Assembly: GCA_029941095.1 (NCBI GenBank)
Contig: JAPYRO010000001.1
Span: 6,453-34,690, forward strand
Direction: 5' to 3'
Source: Dehalococcoidia bacterium
GTDB lineage: Bacteria; Chloroflexota; Dehalococcoidia; UBA6926
Length of the DNA: 28,238 nt
The first letter of the stretch is position 1; every line of letters begins with the position of its first letter. The notes under the pieces were generated by a model. That model saw nothing but the letters and a program-made list of their open reading frames with translations, was not told where the DNA came from and did no database searches. Made by a program: the position numbers and the translations under genes. Of the stretch, positions 25,599 through 28,238 are shown piece by piece.

Positions 25599-27331
25599 AT
25601 CCAAAGACAGATGGTACTAAACTTGCACCTGATGCTGTTTGGGACGCAATTGAGGAATGCGGCATAGACCAAGTGTATGGTATTCCTGGCGCGGTAACAG
25701 TACGTCTCTACAACGCCTTGTACGAGCGACAGGACAAATTTAATGTGGTTCTCGTCCGCCACGAGCAAACTGCATCAACAATGGCTGAAGGGTACGGTAG
25801 GGTCACAGGAAAACCTGCCATCGTTCTCGGACAGGGCCCATTCATCGCAACAAACGGTGGTGAAGCTATTATAGAAGCCTACCTTAGTGGGACACCCATG
25901 ATTATTATATTAGATGCGTCAATTAATAATTTTTCACAGCATGGAGTATACCAATCAGGAACAGGTGACTATGGAAGTTATGACCTGCGCCAAATGATGT
26001 CTGGCATGACAAAATATGTAGCCTATGCAACTACACCAAAAGAAACAGTTCAGGGCGTACAACTTGCATACAAACATGCCATTTCCGGAAGGCCAGGGCC
26101 AACTTGCGTGATAATAAAAGATCCTTCTGCCTTAGGAGAAGTCGATCTGGAAACAGCCCCAAAAGTATATTCTTCAGATCGCTATATGAACGTCTCGAAA
26201 ACTCTTGCGCCTAAAGAGGAAATTGAAAAAGCCGCTAATCTAATATCTAAATCAAAAAAACCTGTAATCATTTCTGGAAATGGTGTACACCAGTCAAAAA
26301 CTTACGACCAGCTTAAACAGATTTCTGAGAAAATAGTTGCTGGAGTAGCTACTTCTTATAGAGGGAAGGGAACATTCTCAGAGGCTCATCCTTTAGGGTT
26401 AGGTGTCATGGGCCTGTTCCCAGAACCGGCAGCTAATTCCTTGGTAGCAGAAGCCGATTTGCTGCTTGTAGTTGGATGTAGACTAGGACCGAGCGACACC
26501 GCAAATGAAAACCCTGCTCTTATTGATCCAACGCGACAGAAAATAATCCAGATTGATATTGAGCCAAGAAATGTGGGTTGGACCTTTCCGGTCGATGTAG
26601 GTTTAGTGGGAGACGCGTCCCTAATATTAGATCAGCTGGAACACGCTCTAGCTGATCTACCAGCAAATATTAGAACTGAACGTAATAATTATATTTCAAA
26701 AAAGAAACAAGAAAATAACTACTTTACAGACGCAGAGTCGGATTCTAGTGATTTCCCCATAAGACCGGAAAGATTACTACAGGAAATTAACAGAATCGTT
26801 GAACCCAACGCTATTATTGCCCTCGATGCGGGCAACAATAGGGTATGGACAACTCATTACTATCAAGTGCAAGATCCAGGAATTCTACTCGTGCCAGGAG
26901 GAACCGCAGGGATGGGATGGGGACCAGGAGCAATTCTTGGGGCAAAAATTGCAGCTCCCGATAGGCAATGCGTTAGTATCAGTGGTGATGGTGGGTTTGG
27001 GCTAGCGATCCATTCCTACATAACAGCCGTTGATGAAAACCTACCCATTGTATATATAGTGATGAATGATTCTGCTTTAGGAATGGTAACAAGAGGGCAA
27101 GGTGAGAAAAGAATTGCCTCAGAATTTAGACCAACCGAATACTGGAAAATAGCAGAAGCGTACGGAGGAACAGGCTATAATATAACGGATCCGGAACAAA
27201 TTAAACCTACGTTACAAAAAGCGCTCTCTGAAAATCGTCCTTCCGTGCTCGATATAAAAATTGATCCTAATATAGACTATCTGAAACTTAGAGCAGTAGA
27301 TTTAGTCAGCTATCAGTATAGGGCGATATAA
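25595..27331 (+). CDS. Thiamine-diphosphate-dependent enzyme, acetolactate synthase/POX-like fold, substrate unknown
   Basis: YGIPG, RHEQ (catalytic Glu), GRPGP, IQIDI, GDGGF...NDS ThDP motif; ATGA overlap with the sirtuin stop. Confidence 0.9.
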   Translation: MNPKTDGTKLAPDAVWDAIEECGIDQVYGIPGAVTVRLYNALYERQDKFNVVLVRHEQTASTMAEGYGRVTGKPAIVLGQGPFIATNGGEAIIEAYLSGTPMIIILDASINNFSQHGVYQSGTGDYGSYDLRQMMSGMTKYVAYATTPKETVQGVQLAYKHAISGRPGPTCVIIKDPSALGEVDLETAPKVYSSDRYMNVSKTLAPKEEIEKAANLISKSKKPVIISGNGVHQSKTYDQLKQISEKIVAGVATSYRGKGTFSEAHPLGLGVMGLFPEPAANSLVAEADLLLVVGCRLGPSDTANENPALIDPTRQKIIQIDIEPRNVGWTFPVDVGLVGDASLILDQLEHALADLPANIRTERNNYISKKKQENNYFTDAESDSSDFPIRPERLLQEINRIVEPNAIIALDAGNNRVWTTHYYQVQDPGILLVPGGTAGMGWGPGAILGAKIAAPDRQCVSISGDGGFGLAIHSYITAVDENLPIVYIVMNDSALGMVTRGQGEKRIASEFRPTEYWKIAEAYGGTGYNITDPEQIKPTLQKALSENRPSVLDIKIDPNIDYLKLRAVDLVSYQYRAI

Positions 27332-28238
27332 TTGGTACAACTACAGCCGTTTATTGGTACTAGATATAATCCTAAAATCATCCTTGATCTATCCTCTGCT
27401 ATCGCACCCCCTTATGACGTGATATCAAAAGAACAACAAGAGGATTTTTATCAAAGAAACCCCTACAACATCATCCGCCTGGAATATCCAAAACCGGACG
27501 AAAATAATGACCCTTACACGGTTTCAGCACAAACACTTGAAGCTTGGAAAGAGAAAGGTGTGTTAAAAAAAGATGAACTAAGTTTTTACGTTATCCGCCA
27601 CTCTTTCGATTTCCTTGGTAAGTCATATGATCGTTTAGAATTACTAGCCACAGTTGGTATTGAACCATGGTCTCAAGGAAGTGTTCTTCCTCATGAACAT
27701 ACTGGGGAAAGTGCAAAACTTGATAGGTTAAATATGCTAAGAGCAACCAACACCAATATTAGCCCTATAATGACTTTGTATGACGATGAATCAAACCAGT
27801 TAACTCAAATATTAAACAGTATCGTTAAAACATCCCCAATAGTTAACGAATTGACGACTCGGGAAAATGAAAAATACACTTTTTGGCAAGTAACAGAGCC
27901 CCACCAAATAACAGCAATTCAAAATTCGGTCGATGGACCTCTATATATAGCTGACGGGCATCATCGGTATGAAACATCCCTAAATTATAAAAACGAAACC
28001 AGTTCCTTGGATGCTAACAACCCCAAAACAAATTACATCATGGTGTCTATAACTCCTATTCAAGATCCAGGATTAATTAGCCTCCCTTACCATAGGATGC
28101 TCGGCAATTTATCGGCTAATCAGATTAAACGAATTTTAAGGCAAATAGATGTTTATTTTAACTCTAGATCCTTGGACATAAATAACAAGTCCACAGAGGA
28201 AATATACAAATTAATTGACAAAAATATATATCAAACAC
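27332..28238 (+). CDS. DUF1015 family protein, 3'-partial (runs off the right edge)
   Basis: Not in the ORF track. TTG immediately after the previous stop gives MVQLQPF.G.RYN...APPYDVIS...NPYNIIRL...PHEHT...YIADGHHRYET...PYHR; the frame is open to the end of the window. Confidence 0.9.
   Translation, partial: MVQLQPFIGTRYNPKIILDLSSAIAPPYDVISKEQQEDFYQRNPYNIIRLEYPKPDENNDPYTVSAQTLEAWKEKGVLKKDELSFYVIRHSFDFLGKSYDRLELLATVGIEPWSQGSVLPHEHTGESAKLDRLNMLRATNTNISPIMTLYDDESNQLTQILNSIVKTSPIVNELTTRENEKYTFWQVTEPHQITAIQNSVDGPLYIADGHHRYETSLNYKNETSSLDANNPKTNYIMVSITPIQDPGLISLPYHRMLGNLSANQIKRILRQIDVYFNSRSLDINNKSTEEIYKLIDKNIYQT

Noticed and set aside
19536-27005. ORFs 19536-19865, 21540-21731, 22861-23196, 24762-24998, 25107-25367, 25379-25768 and 26799-27005
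   Set aside because: Antisense or out-of-frame overlaps with well-supported enzymes.
1-28238. tRNA or rRNA genes, IS elements, integrases, riboswitches
   Set aside because: Intergenic gaps are short. I recognised no cloverleaf, terminal inverted repeat, transposase or riboswitch consensus by eye; an Infernal or tRNAscan run would be needed to exclude them formally.

Overview
A densely coding, AT-rich (roughly 40% GC by eye) bacterial chromosomal window made mostly of housekeeping genes. Ribosomal-protein features and gene content suggest Chloroflexota/Dehalococcoidia, possibly SAR202-like; this is inference and was not checked against a database. The left third is a fused str-S10 superoperon on the minus strand (rpsL-rpsG-fusA-rpsJ-rplC-rplD-rplW-rplB-rpsS-rplV-rpsC) with no tuf. 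It has one clear sigma70-type promoter and a roughly 165-nt structured leader. Next come a zinc-ribbon/rpsU/flavin reductase cluster, an MBL-M16 peptidase-DUF5808-ABC operon, a divergent degenerate-MBL-lysA-holB operon, fumC-sufC-sufS-sufU-SPFH, proBA, and recF-sirtuin-TPP enzyme-DUF1015. The ORF track misses rpsC and the DUF1015 gene (both run off the edges) and truncates recF. I found no tRNA, rRNA, CRISPR array or mobile element. I cannot support a clear-cut new multi-gene system. The best leads are: recF apparently starting at ATA; an MBL protein whose HxHxDH motif reads DxYxEH; a candidate r-leader upstream of rpsL; a natural K88R-type S12; a tandem-repeat E/A/K/T tail on S3; and a SUF cluster lacking sufB/sufD.
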